From assembly GCA_017615595.1 (NCBI GenBank), contig JAFZZT010000005.1, forward strand, positions 36,244-100,243: a DNA stretch of 64,000 nt, given 5' to 3'. This document shows positions 31,296 through 40,708 of this stretch, in pieces. The notes beneath the pieces were generated by a model. The model did no database searches. It was not told where the DNA came from and saw only the letters and a program-made list of their open reading frames with translations. The stretch is from Bacteroidales bacterium (lineage in GTDB: Bacteria; Bacteroidota; Bacteroidia; Bacteroidales; WCHB1-69). The stretch's first letter is position 1; every line of letters starts with the position of its first letter. A program made the position numbers and the translations under genes.

Positions 31296-32735
31296 TTATT
31301 TTTTCCTTTTGGCACCGGGTATTCCGTTATACACCTGGTCCTTGTTTGTCTCGTAGATGTTGCCTTGGGCGCAACTATTGAACGTCAGAGCCGTGGCCGA
31401 TACATGATAGTTAGAAAAATCGTACTGCTCGGTGTCCCAATCCACCGGAATCGTAACAATCATACCATAACCATTGCTGCCACTGATGCTAACATTGTTG
31501 ATGGAAAGAGTGGTCTCTTCCTGGGTCAAGAGAGCCGCCCCGTCATGCTGGCCAGCATTCTTTATCTGACAGTTGATCAATTTATTACCACCTTCTGTGG
31601 TGCGTGAAGAATAGATTTCTATACCACTCCAGTAACCACTCTCATTCTGCTCGCCGCGGAAAATGACCGGATCATTGGATGTTCCATTCACCTGCAACAG
31701 AGAAACTTCGCTGATACGAAGGCCTGCCTCATAAGCAAACACGAACTCTGCGCCTGCATTCACCAACATCTTGTCTTCGCTTTCGTCCAAATGAATGCCT
31801 TGTGACACATAATAGGGAATGCCTTGTTTGGAAAACGTGACCGGAACGTTGTTCGTATTGTCCAAATAATAGGCACTCAAACATATCATATTCTTTCCGT
31901 TATTTGTATAGTTGTTGCCACTGCCTAAAGAGTTCACCATATTGTGGTCATTCAACCATACAGGAAATTTATCCACATTCTTGATCGTGTTGTTTTCAAA
32001 AGCACTCAAAGATCCGCTCACACAAATACCGTTGCCAAGAGCACCATCGATGGTACAATGCTTCATGGATATTTTGCCACCCACATACACCACATCGGCT
32101 TCATTGGAGCCACCGTTGATAAATTTTACATATTCAAATTGATTGTCTGCACGATTGGACTGAACATATACCGTATTCCAGGCTCCTTTATTGGGGTTGT
32201 TGGTCGGACCTGTGAGGATAATGGGTTTTTCAGCCGTGCCCACCATGCGAAGACCTGCATTTTCTTCCACGAAAATGGCGCCATCAACACCCGTGAACAT
32301 AATGGTCACGCCTGGCTCGATGGTCAGCAAGGCATTGCCTTCCACATAGAAATGGCCATCAATAATGTAGTCCACCGCCACGCCACGGTCTGGCCATGTG
32401 GTGTTGGCATTAATGCTACCGGAAACCTCTAACGCCCCTTCTGTTCCACCACCGCCGGGCGTGTCACTGAAAGTGGCAATATAAGTGGCATTGCCATTTA
32501 CCACCACTTGACGAGGATTGGTATTGTCACCATCATTCCAGCTGATAAAATAGTACCCGGGTGCAGGAATGGCTGAAATGGTAATGGTTTCTCCTTTGGC
32601 ATAGATGCCTCCGCCTGTCACAGTACCCCACGCTTCATTGTTGGATTGCACCGTGATGGTAAAACTCTTTTTGCATCCTGTCATGGCCAACATCGCCAAC
32701 AGGACTAACATCGTCATTGAAATTAATTTTTTCAT
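31296..32735 (-). CDS. Lipoprotein with an Ig-like N-terminal domain and right-handed parallel beta-helix-like repeats, function unknown
   Basis: The start at MKKLISMTMLVLLAMLAMTGC gives a lipobox. It has a WGTVTGGG.Y..GETITISAIPAPGYYF..W module (a bacterial repeat often seen in Bacteroidota surface proteins), then N/G-rich beta-helix-like repeats. Confidence 0.5.
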   Translation of the reverse strand: MKKLISMTMLVLLAMLAMTGCKKSFTITVQSNNEAWGTVTGGGIYAKGETITISAIPAPGYYFISWNDGDNTNPRQVVVNGNATYIATFSDTPGGGGTEGALEVSGSINANTTWPDRGVAVDYIIDGHFYVEGNALLTIEPGVTIMFTGVDGAIFVEENAGLRMVGTAEKPIILTGPTNNPNKGAWNTVYVQSNRADNQFEYVKFINGGSNEADVVYVGGKISMKHCTIDGALGNGICVSGSLSAFENNTIKNVDKFPVWLNDHNMVNSLGSGNNYTNNGKNMICLSAYYLDNTNNVPVTFSKQGIPYYVSQGIHLDESEDKMLVNAGAEFVFAYEAGLRISEVSLLQVNGTSNDPVIFRGEQNESGYWSGIEIYSSRTTEGGNKLINCQIKNAGQHDGAALLTQEETTLSINNVSISGSNGYGMIVTIPVDWDTEQYDFSNYHVSATALTFNSCAQGNIYETNKDQVYNGIPGAKRKK

Positions 32736-32820
32736 CGTTTTTATAGGTATTAAAGAGGTTAATAATTGCTTTGTAGTAAAACTATTTTCTGAGAAAAGCC
32801 TATCATACTTTTTCAGCGTG

Positions 32821-32828
32821 CAAAGATA
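32821..32828 (-). promoter_or_regulatory. -7 element (TATCTTTG on the minus strand) upstream of the beta-helix lipoprotein gene
   Basis: The plus strand reads CAAAGATA, about 86 nt upstream of the ATG at 32735. Confidence 0.4.
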
Positions 32829-32887
32829 TAACATTTTTCAACATTGATTCCTTTTTTTTCTCAAATTAAACCGACCTTTTTGATGGC

Positions 32888-32912
32888 AAAAAAACCGGCC
32901 TCGCGAGGCCGG
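32888..32912 (-). terminator. GC-rich hairpin with a T-run (minus strand)
   Basis: CCGGCCTC-gc-GAGGCCGG, with A-runs and T-runs on both sides. Confidence 0.6.
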
Positions 32913-33004
32913 TCCAAAAAAACAACTTACTATATATTATAAAATCAAACATTGTCACACATCCTTTTCCTCCCCCGCAAAATCGTTTCATTTACGGATG
33001 CAAA

Positions 33005-33042
33005 AATACAGGGATGACGCGACCTGTATCATCCCCTTTTTT
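33005..33042 (-). terminator. Hairpin terminator downstream of the CoA-disulfide reductase gene
   Basis: GGGATGA-cgcgacctgta-TCATCCC. The minus-strand reading is followed by TGTATTTTTG. Confidence 0.5.
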
Positions 33043-33071
33043 GAGTATTTTCCACTTTTTTTAATGGGAAT

Positions 33072-34745
33072 TTATCCCCGATTATGTTTACCGATGAGCC
33101 GGTAGGTCTTCATGCCCCCGATCAGGTTGTACACTTCGGCAAATCCAGACTGCATCAGGATGCGGGCAGCCACATAGCCGCGCAGACCCACCTCGCAGAA
33201 CACCACCGTCTTTTTGTCGGGATCCAGATCCTCCATCAGCTCGCGCAACTCATCCACTGGACAGTTCTCTGCCTCGGCGATGGTGCCAGTCTTAAACTCT
33301 TGAATCTCGCGCACATCCACCAGCTGAAGGTCCTCTCCTAGGTCAATCATAGCGTCCAACTCCGCCGCTTGCACGGGGTTCATCAGTCCAGCCATGATGT
33401 TCTCGGCCACCATGCCAGCAAACATCACCGGACTCTTGGCAGAGCCGTATGGCGGGGCGTATGCGTGCTCACTGTTGATCATATCGTAGATGGTGCCCTC
33501 GTGCTTCAGCAGCAATGAGATAATGTCGATCTGCTTGTCCACATTCATTTTGCCCACGGCTTGTGCGCCCAAGATACGGCCCGTTTCGGAGTCAAAGTTG
33601 AGTTTCAGGTGGATGGGTTCACCCCCGGGATAATAGTTCGCATGGGGCCACGGGTGTGTGATAACCGTCTGGAAGGGGATACCCTCCTGACGAAGCCGCT
33701 GCTCGTTGAGTCCCGTGGAGGCGGCAGTCAGTTCAAACACTTTGGCGATAGCCGTGGCCACGGAGCCACTATAGCGTACTGTTTCGGGATAGACCATGTT
33801 CATGGCCGCTATGCGGGCCTGTGCGTTGGCTGGGCCCGCCAGATAGTTGCAATAGGGCTTGCCTGTGACCGGATGCGGGAACTCGATGGCGTCTCCCACC
33901 GCATAGATGTGCTCGTCAGAGGTGCGCAGGTATTCGTCCACCTGCACGCCCCCACTCTCCCCTATCTGCAGACCGCACTGCTGGGCTAAGTTCGTGTTCG
34001 GACGCACGCCAATGCTCAGGATGGCCATGTCGCAGGGAAAGGTCTCCTCTCTGTCCGTCTGCACTATCAGACGACCTTCTTGCTCGGCAAAGCCTGTCAG
34101 GGCAGTCTCAGTGACCACTCGCACGCCCTTGTCGATCAGATGCTGTTGCACGATGGCGGCCATGGGCCAGTCCAAAGGCGTCAGCACCTGCGAGGCCTTC
34201 TCGATCACCGTGACCTGATAACCGATGCGGTGCAGGTTCTCCGCCATCTCCAAGCCGATGAAGCCTCCGCCGATGATGACCGCCGAAGCACCTTCTTTCA
34301 GCTGTTCGATAGCCCGCTGCTTGATCTGATCGCAGTCGGGTACGTTGCGCAGGGTGTAGATATGCGGCAAGTCGATGCCGGACAGATTGGGCACCACCGG
34401 CACTGCGCCAGGCGACAACAACAGACAGTCGTAAGACTCCTCATACTCTTTTCCTTTGCGCAAATTCTTTACCTTCACCACCTTGCGTTCTCTGTCAATG
34501 GCTGTGACCTCGTTCATGGTGCGCACATCGGCATCGTAACGATTGCCAAAGGAAACCGGCGTCTGTACAAAGAGCTTCTTGCGGTCCTCTATGGTGTTGC
34601 CTATATAATAAGGTAAACCGCAGTTGGCGTATGAGATGTACTCACCTTTCTCGAAGATGACAATTTCTGCCTCTTCCTGTAATCTTTTCAGTCTGGCAGC
34701 GGCGGAAGCTCCTCCCGCCACACCACCGATAATGATATATTTCAT
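33072..34745 (-). CDS. CoA-disulfide reductase / NADH oxidase-family flavoprotein with a C-terminal rhodanese domain
   Basis: FAD motif (IIIGGVAGGASAA), redox Cys (SYANCGLPYY), NAD motif (VIIGGGFIGLEMAE), and a C-terminal rhodanese segment (VVFCEVGLRGYVAARIL). Confidence 0.85.
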   Translation of the reverse strand: MKYIIIGGVAGGASAAARLKRLQEEAEIVIFEKGEYISYANCGLPYYIGNTIEDRKKLFVQTPVSFGNRYDADVRTMNEVTAIDRERKVVKVKNLRKGKEYEESYDCLLLSPGAVPVVPNLSGIDLPHIYTLRNVPDCDQIKQRAIEQLKEGASAVIIGGGFIGLEMAENLHRIGYQVTVIEKASQVLTPLDWPMAAIVQQHLIDKGVRVVTETALTGFAEQEGRLIVQTDREETFPCDMAILSIGVRPNTNLAQQCGLQIGESGGVQVDEYLRTSDEHIYAVGDAIEFPHPVTGKPYCNYLAGPANAQARIAAMNMVYPETVRYSGSVATAIAKVFELTAASTGLNEQRLRQEGIPFQTVITHPWPHANYYPGGEPIHLKLNFDSETGRILGAQAVGKMNVDKQIDIISLLLKHEGTIYDMINSEHAYAPPYGSAKSPVMFAGMVAENIMAGLMNPVQAAELDAMIDLGEDLQLVDVREIQEFKTGTIAEAENCPVDELRELMEDLDPDKKTVVFCEVGLRGYVAARILMQSGFAEVYNLIGGMKTYRLIGKHNRG

Positions 34746-34791
34746 AGAAACCTTTTTTAGTCTGTTTATTTTCGTTTGAATGATACTTTGG

Positions 34792-35814
34792 CTATTGGCC
34801 TGTATTCGGGTTTCTCAGGGACGCAGGGATGGTGTCCCCGATAATCGCAAAAGGGTTTTCCACATGCTTGAACAAATCCCGGAAATTGTCTTTCGATTTT
34901 TTGGGAATCTTTAAGTTGTAGCTCTTGCCGGGCGGCACGACCAGCTTGCTGTTGCGGATCCAAGGGTTTAGGTCGCGCAACTCCTTGTAAGTGATTCCTT
35001 TGTCAAGTGCATATTTTGCCAAGTCTTCAATGCTGGAGGATACCGTAATCTCCTCTGTCGGGATGGGCTGGTACATCTGCGCGGGACAGAGTTCCACGCC
35101 ATAGAGTTGCGGATTGTCGAACATCAACTTGAAAGCTAAGATGCGGTACACATAGCGGGAGGTCTCGGCGTTGAGCCACAGATCCCAGTAGCTGTTGCAC
35201 GACTGCGAGTTGATGGCAGCCTGCAGGCCCCCTTCTCCCCTATTGTATGCGGCGGCGGCCAAGGTCCAGCTGCCAAACTGGTTGCGACACTTTTTCAACA
35301 TCTTGCAGGCCGCCCGGGTGGCCTTCTCCAGATGATACCGCTCGTCAATGTCATTGGTGACCGTCAGACCATACACCTTGGCGGTGGCGGGGATGAACTG
35401 CCAATAGCCACCCGCCCCTGCGGGCGAGATTACATTCTCCAAACCGCTTTCCGCCACACAGAGGTACTTGAAATCCTCCGGCACCCCCTCTTCTTCCAAG
35501 ATCTTCTCTATCACCGGAAAAAGACGGGTGGAGAGCTTGAAGATGCGCAATGTCTTGGAGTGCTGGTAACAGTTGATGATCAGCTCGCGATCAAGCCCTT
35601 CCCGCACATAATAGACATCCAACGGCACTTTTTCACCCGCAAACATCATGTTCTCAGGTATATAAGGTGACGTCAACTTATTAGCATAATAGTTGGGGAT
35701 GGGTTTCGCCTTTAACGGATGGTCATCAAGGGCCAGACAAAGCGTGATACCAGTTGTGACAGCGAGCAGCACCGAGAGGGTGACAATGACAATAATGGCG
35801 GTCTTTTTTTTCAT
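34792..35814 (-). CDS. Lytic transglycosylase (SLT domain) with a LysM-like C-terminus
   Basis: It has a signal/transmembrane segment, an SLT catalytic block (LCVAESGLENVISPAGAGGYWQFIPATAK) and a C-terminus (ITYKELRDLNPWIRNSKLVVPPGKSYNLKIP). Confidence 0.8.
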   Translation of the reverse strand: MKKKTAIIVIVTLSVLLAVTTGITLCLALDDHPLKAKPIPNYYANKLTSPYIPENMMFAGEKVPLDVYYVREGLDRELIINCYQHSKTLRIFKLSTRLFPVIEKILEEEGVPEDFKYLCVAESGLENVISPAGAGGYWQFIPATAKVYGLTVTNDIDERYHLEKATRAACKMLKKCRNQFGSWTLAAAAYNRGEGGLQAAINSQSCNSYWDLWLNAETSRYVYRILAFKLMFDNPQLYGVELCPAQMYQPIPTEEITVSSSIEDLAKYALDKGITYKELRDLNPWIRNSKLVVPPGKSYNLKIPKKSKDNFRDLFKHVENPFAIIGDTIPASLRNPNTGQ

Positions 35815-35832
35815 ATCAGGTTAGAGAAAAGA

Positions 35833-35860
35833 GAGACTCTTCTTGGTTAAGAAGAGTCTC
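35833..35860 (-). terminator. Intrinsic terminator downstream of the MFS transporter gene
   Basis: GAGACTCTTCTT-ggtt-AAGAAGAGTCTC, a perfect 12-bp stem. Confidence 0.7.
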
Positions 35861-35888
35861 CCGATTTTAATTTTATTGCAATATTGGA

Positions 35889-37523
35889 TTATTCAGCGGC
35901 GGGAACCTCTTCCTTGACGATGTTCGGTTGCTCCAAGCCGAGACCTTTCTTCTTATCCACAGCCTTCAGGATGATGCCGAGAATCAAAGCGGCAACGCCG
36001 AGGCACGCAAACATGGCCAAAGGAACGGTATGATTCAGTTCTGTGGCAGGAGTTCCTTGAGGGTTCGTCATATCCAGGATCTTACCATAGAGCAACGGGA
36101 AGAGCCACAAACCGATATTCTGAATCCAGAAAATAAGGGCGTATGCGGAACCGATGATCTTTTCATCCACAAGTTTCGGAACACTCGGCCACAAAGCAGC
36201 AGGTACCAAAGAGAAAGAGGCACCCAACACAAGAATGGTGGCATAAGCTATCACCACGCCACCGATGGGGCTTTCTTTGAACATAGGCAGGATGAAAGCA
36301 AAGGTGAGGTGGCAGAAGATAAGCAGTAAGGAGCCTATCATCAACATGGATGCAGCTTTACCTTTGTGGTCCACATAATTACCCAAAATCGGCGTGATAG
36401 CCACTGCCAACAACGGGAACACGGCGAAGATGGAACCAGGTGTTCCTATCATGAATCCCATCCAACAATAAACAATCAAAGCCACAACAGCAATACCCAT
36501 CAAACCATATTTCGCGCCTTTATTCTTGGAGAAGTTGCTCGTGAAAGAACAGGCAGCTACAACCAGCATGATGAGGTATTGGATGATGGTAGCGGCGCTG
36601 CTAGCCCAAAAACCATCATGAGGATTCAAAGTGAGATTGCACTGCAACACGTTGACAGCATATTTCTGGAATGGGAAAATGGCACTGTAGTAAAGCACAC
36701 AAAGCAAAGCTACCAACCAGAAACCACCAGAGGAGAGAATCTTGCCAATGTCAGACACTTTGAAAGGATCGTCTTTCTCTTCTGCCTCGCCTGTTTGGGA
36801 ATCCAACTTCTTGTCCATGAAGAAATAAACAATGAACATCATCAAAGCAATGCAGAGCAACACCACACCAAAGGCAACGGAACGGGAAACATCCACTTTG
36901 CCGCCAAGATTGGCAAAGAATGGTGAAAAAATCATACATGTGGCCACACCCAGACGGGCCAAAGCCATCTCAGAACCCATGGCTAATGCCATCTCACGGC
37001 CCTTGAACCATTTCACAATACCACGGGAAACCGTGATACCTGCCATTTCCACACCACAACCAAAGATCATAAAACCGACAGCGGCCACTTTGGCGGAAGC
37101 AGGCATTCCCTCATAGAAAGGTGCCACTCCCAATTCTTGGAAACCAGGAATGTAATTCAAATGCTCAGTGAACCATACTTCAATTCCGCTACCCATAAAG
37201 GCCTCTGATACAGCATAATACTTGATCAAACCACCTAAGAGCATCACGGCACCTGATAAAATGGCGGTGAAACGGACACCCATCTTATCCAGAATAATGC
37301 CGGCAAAGATGAGGAAGAAGACAAACACATTCAAGAATGTCTCCGCTCCCTGCATCGTACCGAAAGCTGTGGAATTCCATCCACGCGTGGTCTGCATGAG
37401 ATCCTTGATAGGCGAAAGGATGTCCATGAAAATGTAGGAACAAAACATGGCCAACGCCAATAACAAAAGTGCCAGCCAACGCACGGCAGCATTGTCTCTT
37501 AAAGTTTTAATTGTTTCTGTCAT
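35889..37523 (-). CDS. MFS-type transporter, substrate unknown
   Basis: 544 aa, with about 12-14 hydrophobic segments read from the translation. Confidence 0.7.
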   Translation of the reverse strand: MTETIKTLRDNAAVRWLALLLLALAMFCSYIFMDILSPIKDLMQTTRGWNSTAFGTMQGAETFLNVFVFFLIFAGIILDKMGVRFTAILSGAVMLLGGLIKYYAVSEAFMGSGIEVWFTEHLNYIPGFQELGVAPFYEGMPASAKVAAVGFMIFGCGVEMAGITVSRGIVKWFKGREMALAMGSEMALARLGVATCMIFSPFFANLGGKVDVSRSVAFGVVLLCIALMMFIVYFFMDKKLDSQTGEAEEKDDPFKVSDIGKILSSGGFWLVALLCVLYYSAIFPFQKYAVNVLQCNLTLNPHDGFWASSAATIIQYLIMLVVAACSFTSNFSKNKGAKYGLMGIAVVALIVYCWMGFMIGTPGSIFAVFPLLAVAITPILGNYVDHKGKAASMLMIGSLLLIFCHLTFAFILPMFKESPIGGVVIAYATILVLGASFSLVPAALWPSVPKLVDEKIIGSAYALIFWIQNIGLWLFPLLYGKILDMTNPQGTPATELNHTVPLAMFACLGVAALILGIILKAVDKKKGLGLEQPNIVKEEVPAAE

Positions 37524-37582
37524 AAAGTTTATTTTTTAATGAATATTAGATTTCTTCACACAAAGCCGCAAAGATAACTTTT

Positions 37583-37831
37583 TTATTCTTGCTCTTGTCG
37601 TTTATTTTCATCTTCTTTCCGCTTTTGGCTGTTAAAAACCAAATCGCAAAGAATATAACCAATCAAGATACCCCAAATGGCCATCAACACAGGACTTTTC
37701 TTTAAGAAATTATCAGAAAACTGTCCGGATTTTACCCAATATATCATACTGAGACCAACACCTACAACCATGCCAATGATATGATAGATGTTGAGATTCT
37801 TCTTTATAAAATCTTGTCCTGACATACCCAA
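37583..37831 (-). CDS. Small two-transmembrane membrane protein
   Basis: 82 aa with two hydrophobic helices and a basic/acidic C-terminal tail. There is a 3-nt gap from the upstream gene. Confidence 0.4.
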   Translation of the reverse strand: MGMSGQDFIKKNLNIYHIIGMVVGVGLSMIYWVKSGQFSDNFLKKSPVLMAIWGILIGYILCDLVFNSQKRKEDENKRQEQE

Positions 37832-37834
37832 ATC

Positions 37835-38629
37835 CTAATTTTTGTCTTGATTATTCAATTTTTCGTATTGATAGGTGAAAAATTTGTTTTTTACTTGCGC
37901 TGCAATGTTTTCCCGATCCCAACGAACCAAATCATAGTAGCTGAAATGACAATAGGTCATAAAATCCAACAACTCATCTCCCTCCAGGCCCGTCAATTCA
38001 TGAACAACCTCGCGATTGTATTTTTCCTGCACCTGATCCAACTCATCTTCATAACTGCTCATCTCATTGTACAATCGCTGCATCTGAGCTTTTCGGTTAT
38101 ATTTCTCGTAAAGGAAAGAGATGGGCGACATGGTGGCCGTTCCACCCAACGATAAAAGATTGCCATTGGGATTCTCTCCATATTTTATGTTCGCCTTCTG
38201 CCATTCCGTAAGCTGAACATCCTGCGCCTGCTTATAATAGTCAGGTAACTTCAACGACACAATATCTTTTTTAAAACCTTCGTATGAAGGATTTATCGCG
38301 ATAATGCGCACCTCCTTCAACATCGTGGCTTTGTAATACAGGAAAATGTCATCCTTGTATTGTAAAACCTTTTTGTTTATGACAAACACCAACTGACGAA
38401 AGGAAGATTTAGAAATGAAAAGCGTGTCGTTTTCCTTCACAGAGATAGTAAATCTGCCCGATTTATCGGTAAATGCAAATTTTTGAGTGTTCACATTGTA
38501 AACACTCGCTCCTTCCAAGGGCTGATAGGTCACCCCATCGAAAACCCGTGCAGAATAAGAGGAACGCTGCGCATAAGATCCTATCGTCAACACCAACAGG
38601 CAGGCTAATATGAAGGCGGTTTTTTTCAC
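37835..38629 (-). CDS. Secreted protein with a carboxypeptidase-regulatory-like (CarboxypepD_reg) N-terminal domain
   Basis: It has a signal peptide and ARVFDGVTYQPLEGASVYNVNTQKFAFTDKSGRFTISVKENDTLFISKSSF, which is typical of that fold. Confidence 0.55.
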   Translation of the reverse strand: MKKTAFILACLLVLTIGSYAQRSSYSARVFDGVTYQPLEGASVYNVNTQKFAFTDKSGRFTISVKENDTLFISKSSFRQLVFVINKKVLQYKDDIFLYYKATMLKEVRIIAINPSYEGFKKDIVSLKLPDYYKQAQDVQLTEWQKANIKYGENPNGNLLSLGGTATMSPISFLYEKYNRKAQMQRLYNEMSSYEDELDQVQEKYNREVVHELTGLEGDELLDFMTYCHFSYYDLVRWDRENIAAQVKNKFFTYQYEKLNNQDKN

Positions 38630-39165
38630 GGCGGCAAATATACTCTTTTATTACGTTATTTACCCCCCTTATTTTACTGTGTAAAATAACGCAGATTCTA
38701 GACAAATATAAACCTTTGATATTATGAAAATTAAGATTTATTAACAACTAAAAGTTAATAAAGTGGCGAGTTATCAGAAAAGTTGAAGTTACGGTTTGAT
38801 TACTCTGTTGACAAAAATTGATAAGAAAAATTATCCAAAAAAGTGGCTGTTTTTGAACATAAGTTGTCAACGAAAAAAGGGCCTTCAAAACCTAAAAGTT
38901 TTCAACGAAAAATAATGATAACTTTTTTTGGAAATATAAAACCCTTTCAAAATGAAAAGGATAATATATTCCACAGATGCTCTTTTTTGTTGATTAAAAT
39001 TAATAACTAAAAAAGTCAAGAGAAAACCCATTTTTTTATCAACGTTATCAACCTGCATACAATATCTCATCTTATAAAAATAAGAAAAATAATGAATGAG
39101 AAACTTGATGATTTTGTGTGTGTCGAAACATTCTATTTTTTGTATTTTTGCAGACTTAATAAAAA
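38630..39165. other. AT-rich intergenic region with a cluster of DnaA-box-like 9-mers (candidate oriC or multi-site regulatory region)
   Basis: See the finding for this region. It has five TTnTCAAC boxes, plus TTATCCAAA and TATTCCACA, and an AT-rich tract with a 9-bp palindrome. Confidence 0.3.
39143..39150 (+). promoter_or_regulatory. -7 element TATTTTTG upstream of rpiB
   Basis: Matches TAnnTTTG, 16 nt upstream of the ATG at 39166. Confidence 0.45.
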
Positions 39166-39600
39166 ATGATTAGAATGAAAGTAATTATCGCTTCAGATCA
39201 TGCAGGATATGCTTTAAAGGAAAGATTAAAGACTGTTTTTCAGAATGTTATGGAATTTGAGGATGGCGGTACTTTCTCTGAAGAAAGTGTGGATTATCCA
39301 GATTTTGCGCATCCTTTGTCTGAAAAAGTGGCCAAACAAGAATTTCCTTTCGGTATTCTGATCTGCGGCACCGGCAATGGAATGGCCATGTGTGCCAATA
39401 AGCATCGCGACATTCGGGCAGGCCTGTGCTGGAATGCCGACATAGCCCGGCTCGTCCGCCAGCACAATAATGCCAACATCCTCGTCATGCCAGCCCGTTT
39501 CATCCCTGAAGAAACAGCTGTGGAAATCATGCATGCCTTCTTTGAAACAGACTTCGAAGGAGGCCGCCACCAACGCCGAATAGATAAAATTAATATCTAA
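39166..39600 (+). CDS. rpiB: Ribose-5-phosphate isomerase B
   Basis: KVIIASDHAGYALKE and ILICGTGNGMAMCANK are RpiB/LacAB motifs. An alternative start lies at 39175. Confidence 0.9.
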   Translation: MIRMKVIIASDHAGYALKERLKTVFQNVMEFEDGGTFSEESVDYPDFAHPLSEKVAKQEFPFGILICGTGNGMAMCANKHRDIRAGLCWNADIARLVRQHNNANILVMPARFIPEETAVEIMHAFFETDFEGGRHQRRIDKINI

Positions 39601-39610
39601 CAACTTGGAT

Positions 39611-40708
39611 ATGAAAGAAATACCTCAGGATATAAAAGACTATGCCCACTACTATAGATCCTTGTTCTTCAAGGATATGGAAAAAAATGTGTTGGCTTTT
39701 GAGTCCAACCTGTTGAGAAACGGAATCAGTGTTTCCTGGGCTAAAGATGTCAATTCCCTCAATGATCATATTGCGCAACAACTTCCCAATAAACCTTATA
39801 AAAAAGTTTGTCTGGATTTAGGCGACAATACGGCCAAGGATATACATAAAGCCGATTTCAACGAATGTTCCATATCTTCCTTGGTGAATAGGGAATATAA
39901 TGTAGATGCTCTGATTATTGAATCTGATTTTGCCATTGCCAATGAAGGTGTTTTGGTTTTTGTGGACCGTGCCACCCAATCCTGTTTCAATTATGTGGAT
40001 AATATAGTGGTGATTGTCAATATTGATCAGATTTTGCTTAATATGCAGGATCTTCCCGTCTTCTTGTATATAAAGAGCCCTGAAAATGCTGATTTTCCTT
40101 CCGACATCAAATTTATCAAATCGAATATCAACCAGGTTATTCCCGACCCCATTATTTCTTCCGAATCCAAAGGCTATAATACTATCAAAAGCAATGTCTC
40201 TGTGATCCTTTATGACAAAAACATTGAATATTTGCTGGCGGATGATTTGTTGATGAATTCGATTTTCTGCATAAACTGCGGAAAATGTCGCGAGGTTTGT
40301 CCAGTGGCCAAGACCACCAACATCTCCCCTATCGATATTGTGAAGAACAATTGTCTGGATGAATATAATACCACGCAAAATATATTCAAACAGACCACTT
40401 TGTGCGGATTGTGCCAGGAGGTTTGTCCAGTGAATATTCCGCTTACTGAAATGCTCGAACATGAGATGAACATTGTGAATATGAACTTTTCTAACTGGAA
40501 GAAAAAGAATATATTCAATATTTTCAGCAAACGTCAAAAACTCAACAAAACCACTAACTTTTTCTTGTACAGGTTTTGGATCAAACTTTTGTTCGGGAAA
40601 AACAAAAATCTCTACAATTACTTTTTGAAGAACAAAGCTACCTATTTTTCTATCCAGGAAGAATCAGATAGTACGGATATTGATTCATCTGATAATGCAA
40701 TCCTCTAA
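39611..40708 (+). CDS. LUD-domain / 4Fe-4S cluster protein (shortened LutB-like)
   Basis: It has a LUD-like core (ALIIESDFAIANEGVLVF...), a ferredoxin motif (CINCGKCREVCPV) and a second partial motif (CGLCQEVCPV). The C-terminal tail is K/N/F-rich. No lutA or lutC lies nearby. Confidence 0.55.
   Translation: MKEIPQDIKDYAHYYRSLFFKDMEKNVLAFESNLLRNGISVSWAKDVNSLNDHIAQQLPNKPYKKVCLDLGDNTAKDIHKADFNECSISSLVNREYNVDALIIESDFAIANEGVLVFVDRATQSCFNYVDNIVVIVNIDQILLNMQDLPVFLYIKSPENADFPSDIKFIKSNINQVIPDPIISSESKGYNTIKSNVSVILYDKNIEYLLADDLLMNSIFCINCGKCREVCPVAKTTNISPIDIVKNNCLDEYNTTQNIFKQTTLCGLCQEVCPVNIPLTEMLEHEMNIVNMNFSNWKKKNIFNIFSKRQKLNKTTNFFLYRFWIKLLFGKNKNLYNYFLKNKATYFSIQEESDSTDIDSSDNAIL

Noticed and set aside
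34766-34963. 65-aa minus-strand ORF overlapping the 3' end of the lytic transglycosylase gene in another frame
   Set aside because: It is an alternative frame of a well-supported gene, with an Arg/Gln/Pro-rich low-complexity translation and no independent start context.
38885-39070. 61-aa minus-strand ORF inside the AT-rich intergenic region
   Set aside because: Its composition is that of AT-rich non-coding DNA (Lys/Phe/Ile/Asn-rich). It has no promoter-like element in a sensible position, and it overlaps the DnaA-box-like cluster.
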